Below are positions 39,541-50,387 of a DNA stretch of 64,000 nucleotides, piece after piece (positions within the stretch are counted from its first letter, which is position 1; the number at the start of each line of letters is the position of its first letter). This stretch comes from Candidatus Hydrothermales bacterium (GTDB taxonomy: Bacteria > Hydrothermota > Hydrothermia > Hydrothermales > JAJRUZ01). Location of the stretch: assembly GCA_039630235.1 (NCBI GenBank), contig JBCNVI010000005.1:37690-101689 (forward strand), given 5' to 3'. Under the pieces are notes generated by a model. It was not told the origin of the DNA, made no database searches, and saw only the letters and a list, made by a program, of their open reading frames with translations. The position numbers were made by a program, and so were the translations under genes.

Positions 39541-40727
39541 TCTACTATTACCTCCATTTTTACGTTATTTTTTAAAAAATTCATAGCCTTTTTTCTTTTA
39601 ATCGAACTTTCAACTTCTTCAAAAAATTCTCTTTCCTTTAATCTTTTTTTAAAAAACTCATAATCCATCTTATATAAATCTGAAATTCTCTTAACTTCTT
39701 CATCTATCTCTTTCTCATTTATTTCTATCTTTAGTTGTTCGGCTAGTCTATCAAGGAGTAACCTTCTTCTGACTCTTTCTTCTGCTAATTTATAAAATTC
39801 ATCAAACCTTTCTTTGAGCTCTTCCTCCTTTAACTTATAACGAGAGATAATAAGTCTTAATTCCTCCTCTGTATAGGATCTGGGAACTGGTATAGGATTC
39901 AGTGCAGAGAGTTCTTCAAGAATTTTATTTTCTAATTCAATTTCTGCCTCTTTTTTTAGATCCTCCTCTATTTCCTCTGTTATCTTCTTTTTAAACTTTT
40001 CAAGGTTTTCCATTTCAAACATCCTTGCGAACTCATCGTTGATCTCTGGTAAAATAACTTCTTTTACAGAAATGATGTTTCCTTCATATATAAGGGTTCC
40101 GGACTTTTCGGTTCTGGCAACCTTAAAAGAATCATTCCTTTTTTTACCAATTAACTCATTGTAAAAGTCAGAGGAAACATTCTCCCTGTTAAATTTAAAG
40201 GATTCTATCTTACCCTTTAGAATTTCTCTTCCTGTTATGTCCTTTATGTTGTACTTTATAACCACAAAGTCTCCATCTGTAAGTGGTGTCTCTTTATCTT
40301 TAAACTCTGCGAGGGACTCCTGATACTTTTTTATTCTTTTTTCTATCTCATCAGGAGAGGGCCTTTTTATCCTCTTTTGCACCTTAATCCTTTCAAAACC
40401 CTTTACTTCAAAAAATGGCAAAACTTCAAAATATACTGTAACTTCTAATTCATTTTCGCCTTCCTTTTTATCTTTTATAATTATTGGCGATATAAGTTTT
40501 GAATTATCTTTTTTTAACTCTTCTATTACCTTAGATTTCAGAAACTCTTCTAAGCTGTTTTCTTCAATTTCTTTTTTATACTTAATCCAGACAATTTCAA
40601 GCGGTGCCTTTCCCTGTCTAAAGCCAGGAATTTTTACTACTCGTTGATATTCTTTCTTAAACTTTTCTATATAGGGGACTATCTCTGATCTTTTGATTTT
40701 TAAAGTTAAAACTCTTTCTGTCTCCAT
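39537..40727 (-). CDS. tig: Trigger factor
   Basis: 396 aa; N-terminal ribosome-binding domain with GFRQGKAP signature; conserved tig-clpP-clpX synteny. Confidence 0.85.
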   Translation of the reverse strand: METERVLTLKIKRSEIVPYIEKFKKEYQRVVKIPGFRQGKAPLEIVWIKYKKEIEENSLEEFLKSKVIEELKKDNSKLISPIIIKDKKEGENELEVTVYFEVLPFFEVKGFERIKVQKRIKRPSPDEIEKRIKKYQESLAEFKDKETPLTDGDFVVIKYNIKDITGREILKGKIESFKFNRENVSSDFYNELIGKKRNDSFKVARTEKSGTLIYEGNIISVKEVILPEINDEFARMFEMENLEKFKKKITEEIEEDLKKEAEIELENKILEELSALNPIPVPRSYTEEELRLIISRYKLKEEELKERFDEFYKLAEERVRRRLLLDRLAEQLKIEINEKEIDEEVKRISDLYKMDYEFFKKRLKEREFFEEVESSIKRKKAMNFLKNNVKMEVIVE

Positions 40728-40733
40728 TTATAA

Positions 40734-41861
40734 TTATTCAATAAAACTGTTTCTTTTTTCAAACCATTCTTTAAATTTAACTATGCCCTTAGCTATTGCC
40801 AAGGATAGTTTTCTTAGATATTTCTCATCCTTTAACTTTCTCTCATCAGAGGGAGTGGTAATAAAGCCCATTTCTATAAGAACTGCAGGAGAATAACAAC
40901 CGTTTAGTACATAGAATTCTGCCTGTTTTACTCCCCTATCAAAAATATTTAAACTCTTTGTAATTGTCTTTTGTAAAATTTCTGCAAGTTTCTGTGACTC
41001 GTAGAGAAACTCAGCTTGAGCCATATCCATCAAGATAAGATCTACTATACTGTTATAAATTCTTTCATCTTCATATTCATATTTCAATGAAGCATTTTCT
41101 AAGGCAGCTACTGCTCTTTCCCAATCAGTTTTTGCCTCAGAGAGAAAAAAGACTTCAACACCATTTGAAGTTTCTGTAACCTCTAAAGAAGCATTACAAT
41201 GAAGTGAAACAAAAATATCCGCTCCAACATTATTTGAAAATTTTGTTCTTTCAGATAGAGACACAAAAGTATCTTTATCTCTTGTCATAAAAACCTCAAA
41301 CCCCATTTTAACAAGTTCTTCTTTTAAAAACTTTGCAACCTTCAAATTAACATCTTTTTCTTTTGTTCCACCTTTACCTAGTGCTCCAACGTCAATTCCC
41401 CCATGGCCAGGATCTATAACAATTCTTTTTATTTCCCTTAACACTTTCTTTTTCTCTTTATTCCTCTTTTTTTTATTACTTTCTAAATAGTTAATTTTCT
41501 CAATTTCTTTTTCTTTCGCCTTAGGGGTGCTATCAGGAATTTTCCCGGTCAAAATTACTCTAAAGTAGTCTTTTTTATTTTCTATTCTAAATCGCTCACA
41601 AAAGCTCCCAAGTTCAAATAAGATTTTACCTTCTTTATTTTCTTTAGTTACACTTATCCCTTTTAAAATCGGGTGAACTAATTTTGATGAGAATGTAAAT
41701 ACTGAATCTACCTCTTTTAGTGTTATTTCAAGCTTACTTTCCCTTAAAACTCTCTCGTATTTAATAGGTCCCTGTAAGTAAAAAGTAATATACACGGAGT
41801 CTTTTTTTTGAATTATTTCAGGTGGTTCCCATAGAGTCTTTAAAAATATGAGTAAGATCAT
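40734..41861 (-). CDS. N-acetylmuramoyl-L-alanine amidase (Amidase_3/AmiC-like) with N-terminal AMIN-like domain
   Basis: VIDPGHGGIDVGALGKGG zinc-binding motif in the C-terminal catalytic domain; signal/TM at the N-terminus. Confidence 0.75.
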   Translation of the reverse strand: MILLIFLKTLWEPPEIIQKKDSVYITFYLQGPIKYERVLRESKLEITLKEVDSVFTFSSKLVHPILKGISVTKENKEGKILFELGSFCERFRIENKKDYFRVILTGKIPDSTPKAKEKEIEKINYLESNKKKRNKEKKKVLREIKRIVIDPGHGGIDVGALGKGGTKEKDVNLKVAKFLKEELVKMGFEVFMTRDKDTFVSLSERTKFSNNVGADIFVSLHCNASLEVTETSNGVEVFFLSEAKTDWERAVAALENASLKYEYEDERIYNSIVDLILMDMAQAEFLYESQKLAEILQKTITKSLNIFDRGVKQAEFYVLNGCYSPAVLIEMGFITTPSDERKLKDEKYLRKLSLAIAKGIVKFKEWFEKRNSFIE

Positions 41862-42313
41862 TTTAGCATCTCCCTTCTTAGCTCTCTTTCCATTTCTCTT
41901 TTCTTTATAAGTTCTTTCTTTTCGTATTTCTTCTTCTTTTTAGCAAGAGCTAATTCTATTTTTGCCCACGCTCCTTTAAAAAAAACTCTTATTGGAATTA
42001 AAACTAACCCCTTTTCCTTCCATTTTCCAATTAGTCTTTTAATCTCTCGCTTTGTTAGTAAAAGCTTCTTTTTCCTCTCGGGATTGGGAAAGAATTTAAA
42101 GGCAGGAGGATAGGGTGAGATGTGAAAATTATAGATATAGGGTTCGCCATCTTCAAACTTAACATAGGCATCGTTTATTGAGGCTCTTCCCTCTCTAAGT
42201 GATTTGACCTCTGCTCCTTTTAGAACAATACCACAGATAAATGTCTCATAAATCTCATAATCACTTTTTGCCTTTTTATTAACAAGAATATCTTTTTCTC
42301 TTTTACTTTTCAT
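41858..42313 (-). CDS. smpB: SsrA-binding protein SmpB
   Basis: 151 aa; KAKSDYEIYETFICGIVLKGAEVKSLREG is the canonical SmpB N-terminus. Confidence 0.9.
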   Translation of the reverse strand: MKSKREKDILVNKKAKSDYEIYETFICGIVLKGAEVKSLREGRASINDAYVKFEDGEPYIYNFHISPYPPAFKFFPNPERKKKLLLTKREIKRLIGKWKEKGLVLIPIRVFFKGAWAKIELALAKKKKKYEKKELIKKREMERELRREMLK

Positions 42314-42330
42314 ATTGCACCCCCAGAATA

Positions 42331-42738
42331 TTAATTATACGCTATAATTTTTTTGAAGTTTTCAAAGAAGCTTTTATAGTCCTTTCCTGGAATCCTTACT
42401 TTCAAATTCGTTTTTACTCCAATAACGGGGAAATCCTTTGAGAGATATTTTAAAAATGAATTTTTTGGAGAGTTTACTAAGTATATAACTAGTGATTTCC
42501 TTGTGATACTTTCTAAAAACAGATCTTCATTTTCTTTTTCCTCCCTTAAAATTAAGTAATTTTTAAATCCCATCTCATTTAAGATTTTTTCTATTTTCTC
42601 GTTACTTTCGTCGTGAATTACTATTAACTTGTCGTATAGCTCTACTTTAAGAGGAAAGGATAGGTAACTTTTTAAAGGCCTAATTTTAAAAATCAGGAAA
42701 AAAATTTTTTTAATAATTTTCCTTAAGCTCTCCATCAT
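42331..42738 (-). CDS. Hypothetical protein (135 aa)
   Basis: ORF with good coding periodicity and ATGA-type overlap with the next gene; no recognisable motif. Confidence 0.3.
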   Translation of the reverse strand: MMESLRKIIKKIFFLIFKIRPLKSYLSFPLKVELYDKLIVIHDESNEKIEKILNEMGFKNYLILREEKENEDLFLESITRKSLVIYLVNSPKNSFLKYLSKDFPVIGVKTNLKVRIPGKDYKSFFENFKKIIAYN

Positions 42739-43157
42739 AGCTCAAGAATAATTCCGAGTTTTAAGTAATTTAAAAAATACTTTCCGTCCCAGAATACCTT
42801 AAGACCTATAAAGGGAAATATTTCTCTTGAGGCTGTTATTAAAAAATTAAGGGCGTAATAAGTTCCCTTTTCTTTAAAACTTTCCTTTTGTTTAATTGCA
42901 TATACTATGCCTGGAAAAAGTGAAAAAACAACTAAATCTCTTATTAAGAATCTATGGAAAATGCCAACCTCAAAATTTTTGACAAAAATACCAGTACCGG
43001 AGGAAACCTCAATATCTGAGTAGTCAAAGTATAGGTAAACTTTTTTAATTTTTGAAACAAGAGAAAATTCTTGACCGATACCAGGATATTCATTAAATTT
43101 TGTTTGAGGAAATAAAAGGTTAATTGAAAAATAAAGGGAAAAAAGAAAGAAACTCAT
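42735..43157 (-). CDS. Hypothetical secreted/membrane protein (140 aa)
   Basis: Hydrophobic N-terminus, alternating beta-like pattern; no recognisable family. Confidence 0.3.
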   Translation of the reverse strand: MSFFLFSLYFSINLLFPQTKFNEYPGIGQEFSLVSKIKKVYLYFDYSDIEVSSGTGIFVKNFEVGIFHRFLIRDLVVFSLFPGIVYAIKQKESFKEKGTYYALNFLITASREIFPFIGLKVFWDGKYFLNYLKLGIILEL

Positions 43158-44080
43158 GGTTTAAATATATTTTTTATGATAAAAAATAGATTAGCAGGGC
43201 GCTCCCCAAGTCTTCTCATAAAATAGGCATACCATTCATTTCCAAAAGGAACATAAATCCTTACTCTGTAACCTAACTCAGTAAGTTTTTCCTGAAGATC
43301 TCTTCTTATACCATAGAGCATCTGAAACTCAAATTTATCAGATAAAATATTATTTCTTTTTACAAGATCAAGAGTAAAGTTTATGAGCTTTTCATCATGG
43401 GTTGCTACACAAGGATAAGTTCCATTAGAGAGAGAACCATCGGAAAATAAAATTAAAAGTGCCCTTTTAAAATTTTCGTCAACTTCTTTTTTTCTTTGAT
43501 AGGCAATCTCTTTTGGCTCTTTATAAGCTCCTTTACAGATTCTTACCTCTGCGCCCATTGAGGATAACTTCTCTATATCAGAGATCGTTCTTTTCAAATA
43601 ACTCTGAATAGCAACACCTACATTTCCAAATTCGTTGAAGGCTTTTTCGTATATATCCAGTGTCTTTTGGGTGTATGGGGAATTTTCCATATCTATACAA
43701 ACTCTATTATTTAAATCCTTTGCACATTCAAGTATTTCACTTAAAGATTTATAGGCAAGATCATCTGAAATCATAAGACCAAGATGGGTAAGCTTTACAG
43801 AAATTGTAGAATTTAAATTTTCCTCCTTTATAACTTTTAATATCGTCTTGTAATCTTTTATAACTTCTTTTATTTTTTCTTTATCGGTTATGCTTTCGCC
43901 TAATTTATCTAAGGTACAAGTCATATTTAGTTTGTTTATGTTTTTGATTACCTTGACAGCATCTGATAGTGTTTCACCTGCAACAAACCTTTCCACCAAC
44001 TTCTTTGATGGTGGAAACTTCTCAATATAACCTTTAAGGTTTTGTTTTTGCGATAAATATAGAAAAATTTTACGGAACAA
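43154..44080 (-). CDS. Proline dehydrogenase family protein (PRODH TIM barrel)
   Basis: 308 aa, monofunctional PRODH length, conserved C-terminal YVPFGNEWYAYFMRRLGERPANL-like motif. Confidence 0.6.
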   Translation of the reverse strand: MFRKIFLYLSQKQNLKGYIEKFPPSKKLVERFVAGETLSDAVKVIKNINKLNMTCTLDKLGESITDKEKIKEVIKDYKTILKVIKEENLNSTISVKLTHLGLMISDDLAYKSLSEILECAKDLNNRVCIDMENSPYTQKTLDIYEKAFNEFGNVGVAIQSYLKRTISDIEKLSSMGAEVRICKGAYKEPKEIAYQRKKEVDENFKRALLILFSDGSLSNGTYPCVATHDEKLINFTLDLVKRNNILSDKFEFQMLYGIRRDLQEKLTELGYRVRIYVPFGNEWYAYFMRRLGERPANLFFIIKNIFKP

Positions 44081-44105
44081 TTTTTCCCTCCTTGTTTAGT
44101 TAGAA

Positions 44106-45491
44106 TTATTTTATAGAAAATCTTTTCTTAAGTAAAACAAAATTATCACTAACATAAAGGGTATCGGAGAAAATTTCCTTTATAACTTCTCTAAGAGGGT
44201 CTTTATGGGAGATAAAATAAAACTCTGCTTCAGGAAAGCTTCTTTCTATAAATTTTAAAAGTAATCTCTTATTACTCTCTTTGTCAATGAAGTTCTTAAC
44301 TTCCCTTGAGGTATCTAAATTAAAAGAAGGAGAAATCAAACGTATTTTTAACTTTTCCATATTGTAAAAAAAGAAATACGGATCACTATAAAGAAGCACT
44401 TCTTTTTCTTGAGGAATAAATTCAGCTGCTTTAAGAGCTATATCCCTTATTTTTTGAGTAATATTTATAATAGTTCGCATGTTAAAAATAAGAATTAAAA
44501 ACTGAAAAATGATGAATAAGTGATAAATAAAAACAAGAAGTTTAAGTTTTAAAAGTTTAAGACCCCTGTAAAGAAAGAGAATAAGTATAGGGTATAAAAA
44601 GGCGATATGTCGAGAAAAGTGTATGCCTGAGAAGATTGAAAAACTACTTATAAACAAAATAAACATAAAAATTGAAAAAAAATAAGAAATACATAGTTTT
44701 TTTTCTTTAAGAATATAAATTGCTACAAAAGATAGAAAAAAGGGCGGGTATATAAAAGTTGATAGATAATCACTTACTTTAATATTCAAAAGAGGGAAAC
44801 CTATTAAAAATCCTATTAGGTGCTTTAAAAAAGTTTTAATACCTCTTAAAACAGCAAGATTTAATTCATAATTAAAAAAAAGAGATTGAGTTCTAAAAGC
44901 AAGAGTTACTAAAAAACCGGTTAATATGTAATTTAAAAGAAAAGGTAAAGTTGAAAGCAATAAAACAAATAGTAGAGGTATTATACTTCTTCTAATATTT
45001 TTAAGAGTAAAAACTCTAAAAAAATAAGAAATTCCAACAATTATACCCTCAGGCCTTGTAAGAACTAAAAGGGGATAAATTAAAAAAAACTTTTTGTTAT
45101 TATCTATGAAATAAAGGCAAAGATAAAAAAGAAATGTATATAGCGGAAAATTTAAGGTTAGGTAAAAATTTATAAAAAAGGGAAATGAAAAAATTAAGAA
45201 AAAAATTGGGAAATTGCTTTTTTCATTGAAAAACTTCTCATAAAATTTTTTTATTATGAAAATTGCAAAAACCATTATTAGGGTGTTGAATAAATAAGTG
45301 AACAAAATAAAAAGATCTTTATTTTTAAAACAAATTAGGTAGATTAATGCATAGATAAAAGGATGTATATAACCTGGTGGAAAGTTTGAAATTTTCTCAT
45401 CAGCATTCAATTTAAATATAAGACCCTCTGAAATTCTTATAGAATATATTGCCTCAGCATATAGATCTGCACTAAGAAAAATTGGTTTCAC
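44106..45491 (-). CDS. Polytopic membrane protein (possible GT-C-type glycosyltransferase), unknown function
   Basis: 461 aa, more than 10 TM helices in the N-terminal two thirds, soluble C-terminal domain. Confidence 0.35.
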   Translation of the reverse strand: MKPIFLSADLYAEAIYSIRISEGLIFKLNADEKISNFPPGYIHPFIYALIYLICFKNKDLFILFTYLFNTLIMVFAIFIIKKFYEKFFNEKSNFPIFFLIFSFPFFINFYLTLNFPLYTFLFYLCLYFIDNNKKFFLIYPLLVLTRPEGIIVGISYFFRVFTLKNIRRSIIPLLFVLLLSTLPFLLNYILTGFLVTLAFRTQSLFFNYELNLAVLRGIKTFLKHLIGFLIGFPLLNIKVSDYLSTFIYPPFFLSFVAIYILKEKKLCISYFFSIFMFILFISSFSIFSGIHFSRHIAFLYPILILFLYRGLKLLKLKLLVFIYHLFIIFQFLILIFNMRTIINITQKIRDIALKAAEFIPQEKEVLLYSDPYFFFYNMEKLKIRLISPSFNLDTSREVKNFIDKESNKRLLLKFIERSFPEAEFYFISHKDPLREVIKEIFSDTLYVSDNFVLLKKRFSIK

Positions 45492-46396
45492 TACTTTTTC
45501 TTAAGAATTTTATGGTATTCTTTCTTTAAAATTAGAGCATCGTACTCTAGAGTTGGACTTTCGCAGATTAAAAATCCCCTTACATCTTTTTCTACTAAAA
45601 CTTTAAGCACGTCTTTAAACTTGAACTCTGAATCCTTTAAAACAATATGTCTCTTTTCGCCTTTCTCACCGAACTCCATACCAGAAACATGTATATGCAT
45701 TCTCTTTAAAGAATCTTTTCCTAAGGCTTTTTCATAACTTTCTAATAGCTTCATAAACTCATCGTAGTTATTTATTTCACCTAAGGATCTTGCATAGATA
45801 TGGGCAAAGTCAAGACAAGGTTCTACTATGCCCTTAAATTCAAGGGAAAGTTCAAGTAATTCATCTAAATCCGCATATTGGGAAGGTTTTCCCATAGTTT
45901 CTGGTCTTAATCTAACTTTAATGTTTTCTTTATCAAGCATCTCAAAAATTTCAAGAAGTGCACCTTTTACCTTATTTCTAACATTTTTCAAACTTTCATC
46001 GTGCATATAGGCAGAGTGAAAACATATTTCGTAGGCTCCCATTAAATATCCAATCTTTGCAGAACTATAGATGTAACTTATGCTATTTTTAACTTTTTGT
46101 TTTTCCTTAGAATTTAAATTTATAAAGTAGGGAGCATGAACCGATAGGTATACTTTTTTCTCTTTTGCAAGATCCTTTATTTTGATTGCCCTTTCCTCTT
46201 TTATCCTTATTCCCTTAACAAATTCAATCTCCATAGAGTCTAATTTAAGTTCACTAATTCTTATAATTCCAGATTCTGTAGAGCTATCCTTTGCTGATTC
46301 GGGAACTCCAGCTGTTCCAATATATAAACTTTCATATTGTTTGGGTAAAACGTCCTTCATTGAAATATGATAAATTTTTATCAGAAAATTTTTCAA
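45491..46396 (-). CDS. AP-endonuclease family 2 TIM-barrel protein (endonuclease IV-like / sugar-phosphate isomerase fold)
   Basis: SVHAPYFINLNS resembles the endonuclease IV HAPYLINL block, with a later MHIHVSG metal-ligand region. Either endo IV or a related xylose-isomerase-like enzyme. Confidence 0.5.
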   Translation of the reverse strand: MKNFLIKIYHISMKDVLPKQYESLYIGTAGVPESAKDSSTESGIIRISELKLDSMEIEFVKGIRIKEERAIKIKDLAKEKKVYLSVHAPYFINLNSKEKQKVKNSISYIYSSAKIGYLMGAYEICFHSAYMHDESLKNVRNKVKGALLEIFEMLDKENIKVRLRPETMGKPSQYADLDELLELSLEFKGIVEPCLDFAHIYARSLGEINNYDEFMKLLESYEKALGKDSLKRMHIHVSGMEFGEKGEKRHIVLKDSEFKFKDVLKVLVEKDVRGFLICESPTLEYDALILKKEYHKILKKK

Positions 46397-46951
46397 AAAA
46401 TGGAAGATAAACTAATAAATTACATAAAAGAAATTTTAGCCTATTTAGGTGAAAATCCGGAAAGGGAGGGGCTTTTAAAGACACCCAGGAGATTTCTTAA
46501 TATGTTAAAAGAGCTAACGGAGGGATATAAGGTTGATCCTGAGGAAATTGTTAAAGATGCTATATTTTCAGCAACAACCGATCAGATGGTAATAGTAAAA
46601 GATATTGATTTTTCGAGTCTATGTGAGCATCACCTATTACCTTTTTTTGGGAAGATAAGTATAGGTTTCATACCTGATAAAAAAATCATTGGACTTTCAA
46701 AAATTCCAAGAATAGTAGAAGTCTTTTCCAAGAGATTACAGGTTCAAGAGAGGCTAACAGAGGAAATAGCGAACTTTTTGTATAAAAAGATTGAACCGAA
46801 GGGACTTGGAATTACAGTTGAGGCTGTGCACTTATGTACAGTAATAAGAGGGGTGAAAAATAAAAGTGTAAAGCTTTTTACAAGTAAGATGATGGGAAAT
46901 TTTAAAGATTTAGAAATTAAGAATGAATTTTTAGATGAAACTAAAGGGTAG
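46367..46951 (+). CDS. folE: GTP cyclohydrolase I (FolE)
   Basis: 194 aa; hallmark CEHHLLPF zinc-binding motif; TPRRF..ML motif. Confidence 0.9.
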   Translation: MINFYQKIFQKMEDKLINYIKEILAYLGENPEREGLLKTPRRFLNMLKELTEGYKVDPEEIVKDAIFSATTDQMVIVKDIDFSSLCEHHLLPFFGKISIGFIPDKKIIGLSKIPRIVEVFSKRLQVQERLTEEIANFLYKKIEPKGLGITVEAVHLCTVIRGVKNKSVKLFTSKMMGNFKDLEIKNEFLDETKG

Positions 46952-48350
46952 TTTGCTTTTTCTTTTATTTATATTATTACTTTCAGTTTATAAGGCGGCT
47001 CCAATTTCTATATGTCCTGATTTTTATTGGTATTTGATGGATGGAAAGTATTTTATTGAAAATAAAGAGTTACCGCAAAATGTTTATACGTACCTACCCA
47101 GTGAGAAGTGGATTGCCCATTCATTAGCCTTTGAGGTTTTGCTCTATGTAATATACAAAAATTTTGGAGATGTTGGCCTATATATTTTTAAAATAGTTTT
47201 GCTTACCATTTTATATTCGATTGTTATTTTTATAGTTTATGAAAAAAGTAAGAAAATTCTGAACTTTTTAATTGTTTATTTTTTGGTTTTTTCACTACTT
47301 TATTGGGGAACTACAGTTTTAAGACCACATATTTTTACTTATATCTCAACTGCGTTAATCCTTTTAGCTATTGAAAAGAGACGATATGAACTTATTCCAA
47401 TAGTTTTACTCTTTTTTTCTTTTTTTCACGCGGGAATCGTAGTATCGATAATTATTTCTGTTATTTATTTTTTAGCTTACCTGATTGACGGAAAATTTAG
47501 GGAGTCTAAAAAAATAATTTTTCTCACATCTTTAGGAATTTTTTTGATAGTTATCTTCAATCCTTATCATTTAGATTATTTTGATTATATTATAAAGGCG
47601 CTTTTTAAAAAATCAAAAATTTGGGAAAACTATGTTTCGGAGTGGGAATCAATATTTATCTCTGCCTTTTGGGAAAAGGATTACTATGTAAGATCTTTAC
47701 TACTTGCTCCTATTTTCTTAATAGTTATGCTGTTTATCTTATCTCCACGAAAAAAATTAACCATTGATATATTTCTTCTAATAGCTTTTTACTATTCCTC
47801 TTTAAAACATGTAAGAAACATACCAATCTTTGGAATTGTCTCAGCTTTTATAATCCCTCCCTATTTGAATGAAATCTTAAAACCTAAACTAACGTTTCAA
47901 GAAATCGATAATAAACTGATATTCAAAATATTAATCTTGTTAATTAATTTCTTCATAATAGTTAAGATAATTACGGAGAAAGAGAAAGTGAGAGTAGAGA
48001 AAACTTTTTTCCCTATAGAAGCGGTCGAGTTTATAAAAAATTATAAAAAAGAAGGAAATATATTGTGTCCTTCTGATAGGGGGGGATTTATACAATATAA
48101 ACTTTTTCCAAACTTTAAAATATCTGTTGATGGCAGATTAAGTGTACCTGACACAATCCTTTTAGAACATTTCAAATTTTGGAACTTAGAAATTGATCCT
48201 TGGAATTATATAAAAAAGTATAAAACAGAGTTTATATTAACTGAGAATAAATTTATTATAACTAAAGTTTTAAAGAAAAGAAGAGAACTTAAAGCTGTAT
48301 ATAATGATGAGTATTTCACTGTTTTTGAATTGAAAAGAAGGGATAAATAG
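46935..48350 (+). CDS. Polytopic membrane protein with C-terminal soluble domain, unknown function
   Basis: 471 aa, about 10 TM helices; no recognised motif. Confidence 0.35.
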   Translation: MKLKGSLLFLLFILLLSVYKAAPISICPDFYWYLMDGKYFIENKELPQNVYTYLPSEKWIAHSLAFEVLLYVIYKNFGDVGLYIFKIVLLTILYSIVIFIVYEKSKKILNFLIVYFLVFSLLYWGTTVLRPHIFTYISTALILLAIEKRRYELIPIVLLFFSFFHAGIVVSIIISVIYFLAYLIDGKFRESKKIIFLTSLGIFLIVIFNPYHLDYFDYIIKALFKKSKIWENYVSEWESIFISAFWEKDYYVRSLLLAPIFLIVMLFILSPRKKLTIDIFLLIAFYYSSLKHVRNIPIFGIVSAFIIPPYLNEILKPKLTFQEIDNKLIFKILILLINFFIIVKIITEKEKVRVEKTFFPIEAVEFIKNYKKEGNILCPSDRGGFIQYKLFPNFKISVDGRLSVPDTILLEHFKFWNLEIDPWNYIKKYKTEFILTENKFIITKVLKKRRELKAVYNDEYFTVFELKRRDK

Positions 48351-48399
48351 ATTTTATAATAAAAAAACGATAAATAAGTAAATAGGGAGGAGTTAAAAT

Positions 48400-50358
48400 A
48401 TGATAATCTTATTATTTTTCATAATAAATATGACGCCAATATCTTTTTGGACAGCTGGTAATTCAAGGTACGTTACTAGTAAGGACACACTTTTATATCT
48501 TATATCCGGTGGAGCAGTCTTAACTTTCCGATTTGGGGCTGGCATTCCTCAATTTAAAAAAGAAATAATAACAGAAGGTTCATTGTTTGATGTTGATTTT
48601 ATAGGTGATACTATTTTTTTAGCAGGAGAGCTTGGCCTAAAAATCTTAAATATTCAAAATCTATCAAATCCAATACTTATCGGAAACTATAGCGCCCAAG
48701 AGATTGTCTCTTATGAAAATCTATATCCCTACGGCTATGGTGTTTCAAGAGGAAAAATTAAAATTTTTAGACTCGATACTTCGCAATTACCTGAAGATCT
48801 ATATACTTATTCGTTGCCTGGATTTGTAAACAAAATTAAAATATATTCCAATTTAGGCTTTGCAATCGCAGGAGATACAATATACATTCTAAATCTTCAA
48901 AATCCTATAAGTCCTCAAATATATAGCAGAGTAAATACAAGAGCTTACGTCAGAGATATTTATAAAAGAAACGATTCTCTTTTTGTATTAGCTGGAGACT
49001 CATTTAAAATTTATAAAATTCAAAATCCTTCTCTTCCACAACGCTTATATAGTTTCAAAATAGTGGGGTTTGGAGAAAGTTTCGAACTTTTCTCAAATAT
49101 TTCTATTATAGCTCTTGGTTTTTCAGGAGTTGGAATTTATAACATAGAAAATGGAATAGAAATAAACCATAATTATTCTTTCTCAAATTGTTTTTCAGTT
49201 AAAAAAATAAGCTCTTATGTATATGCTGCAGACCTTGACCTTGGTCTTATAACTCTTTCATACCCTACTCTCATGGTTCTTGATACCTTTTCAACACCAC
49301 AGTTAACCTACAGAGCGAAGGTTATACAAGATACGATTCTTGTTTTAGCTTCAGGAACAGGCGGTGTTTTCTTTTTAAACATAAAAGATAGAGCAAAACC
49401 TTATTATATAAACTCAATAAATACACCTGGAAGTGCCTTTGATGTGGAGGTGTATAATGATACGATACTTTATGTAGCTGATGGGATTGAGGGACTAAGA
49501 ATTTATAAGATTAAAAATATCCGTTTGCCAGTACAAACTGGGTACACTACTGTAAACGGCTACGTCAAGGCAATATCGCTAAATTATCCCTTTGTTTATA
49601 GTGCAAATGGACCAGGCTATGGTTTTTCAATCCTTCATGTGGGCGATCCAACAAAACCGAGAGAAATAACAAACTTCACAACAACTGGTAATAGTGAAGA
49701 TGTACTTTTTTATCCACCCTTTTATCTTATATTAGCAGATGGTTTTGCTGGAATTAAAGTTTTTAATGTACAGGATACAAAAAATGTTGTGCTTTTAACT
49801 TCTCTTCCAACTTACGGTAGTTCACAATCTTTAAAAGTAAGCGGATATAAGCTTGCTGTTGCCGAGGGTTGGGTAGGAGGTGTCTCATTGTGGGACATAT
49901 CAAATATTTCAAATCCTCAATTTTACAGTAATTTTTCTACACCAGGATTTGCATATGATGTAGAGTTCATTCATCCTGACACACTAGTTGTGGCAGATGG
50001 AACAGGTTATGGACTAAGGAAAATAGATATTTCAAATCCTTATAGTCCAAGTGAGGTTAGTTTTAAAATTATTTTCGGTGACCCAAGAGGCGTCTCTTAT
50101 TCAAACGGTCTTTTATATACATCCCTTGGTTTACTTGGCGTAAGCATAGTGAATCCTCACATTACATTTATAAAAGAAAAAGTTCTCTCACCTATAGATA
50201 GGGAAGAAGAAAAAAAGATAGCACTTTTGTACTTGCCTCCATTCTTAAAAGAAAATTTATTTTTCGATTCCTCTGGTAGAAAACTAAAAATAAAAGCTCG
50301 AGGTACTTATATAATAAAAATCAATGGAAATTATTATAAAATTGTAAATGTAAAGTAA
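48400..50358 (+). CDS. LVIVD-repeat beta-propeller protein with T9SS-type C-terminal sorting domain
   Basis: Signal peptide. Seven or more repeats of about 45 aa, each starting A[GD][DE]..G[LI].[IV][FYW][ND][IV]....P (for example AGELGLKILNIQNLSNP, ADGIEGLRIYKIKN, AEGWVGGVSLWDISNISNP). C-terminal DSSGRKLKIKARGTYIIKINGNYYKIV is a CTD-like tail. Confidence 0.6.
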   Translation: MIILLFFIINMTPISFWTAGNSRYVTSKDTLLYLISGGAVLTFRFGAGIPQFKKEIITEGSLFDVDFIGDTIFLAGELGLKILNIQNLSNPILIGNYSAQEIVSYENLYPYGYGVSRGKIKIFRLDTSQLPEDLYTYSLPGFVNKIKIYSNLGFAIAGDTIYILNLQNPISPQIYSRVNTRAYVRDIYKRNDSLFVLAGDSFKIYKIQNPSLPQRLYSFKIVGFGESFELFSNISIIALGFSGVGIYNIENGIEINHNYSFSNCFSVKKISSYVYAADLDLGLITLSYPTLMVLDTFSTPQLTYRAKVIQDTILVLASGTGGVFFLNIKDRAKPYYINSINTPGSAFDVEVYNDTILYVADGIEGLRIYKIKNIRLPVQTGYTTVNGYVKAISLNYPFVYSANGPGYGFSILHVGDPTKPREITNFTTTGNSEDVLFYPPFYLILADGFAGIKVFNVQDTKNVVLLTSLPTYGSSQSLKVSGYKLAVAEGWVGGVSLWDISNISNPQFYSNFSTPGFAYDVEFIHPDTLVVADGTGYGLRKIDISNPYSPSEVSFKIIFGDPRGVSYSNGLLYTSLGLLGVSIVNPHITFIKEKVLSPIDREEEKKIALLYLPPFLKENLFFDSSGRKLKIKARGTYIIKINGNYYKIVNVK

Positions 50359-50387
50359 GGTTCAAATCCTTAAAAAATTGAAAGACC

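Noticed and set aside
42314-42330. tmRNA (ssrA) expected next to smpB
   Set aside because: Only 17 nt separate smpB from the next ORF, and the flanks are protein-coding. No tRNA-like 5'/3' pairing or tag-peptide reading frame was found nearby.
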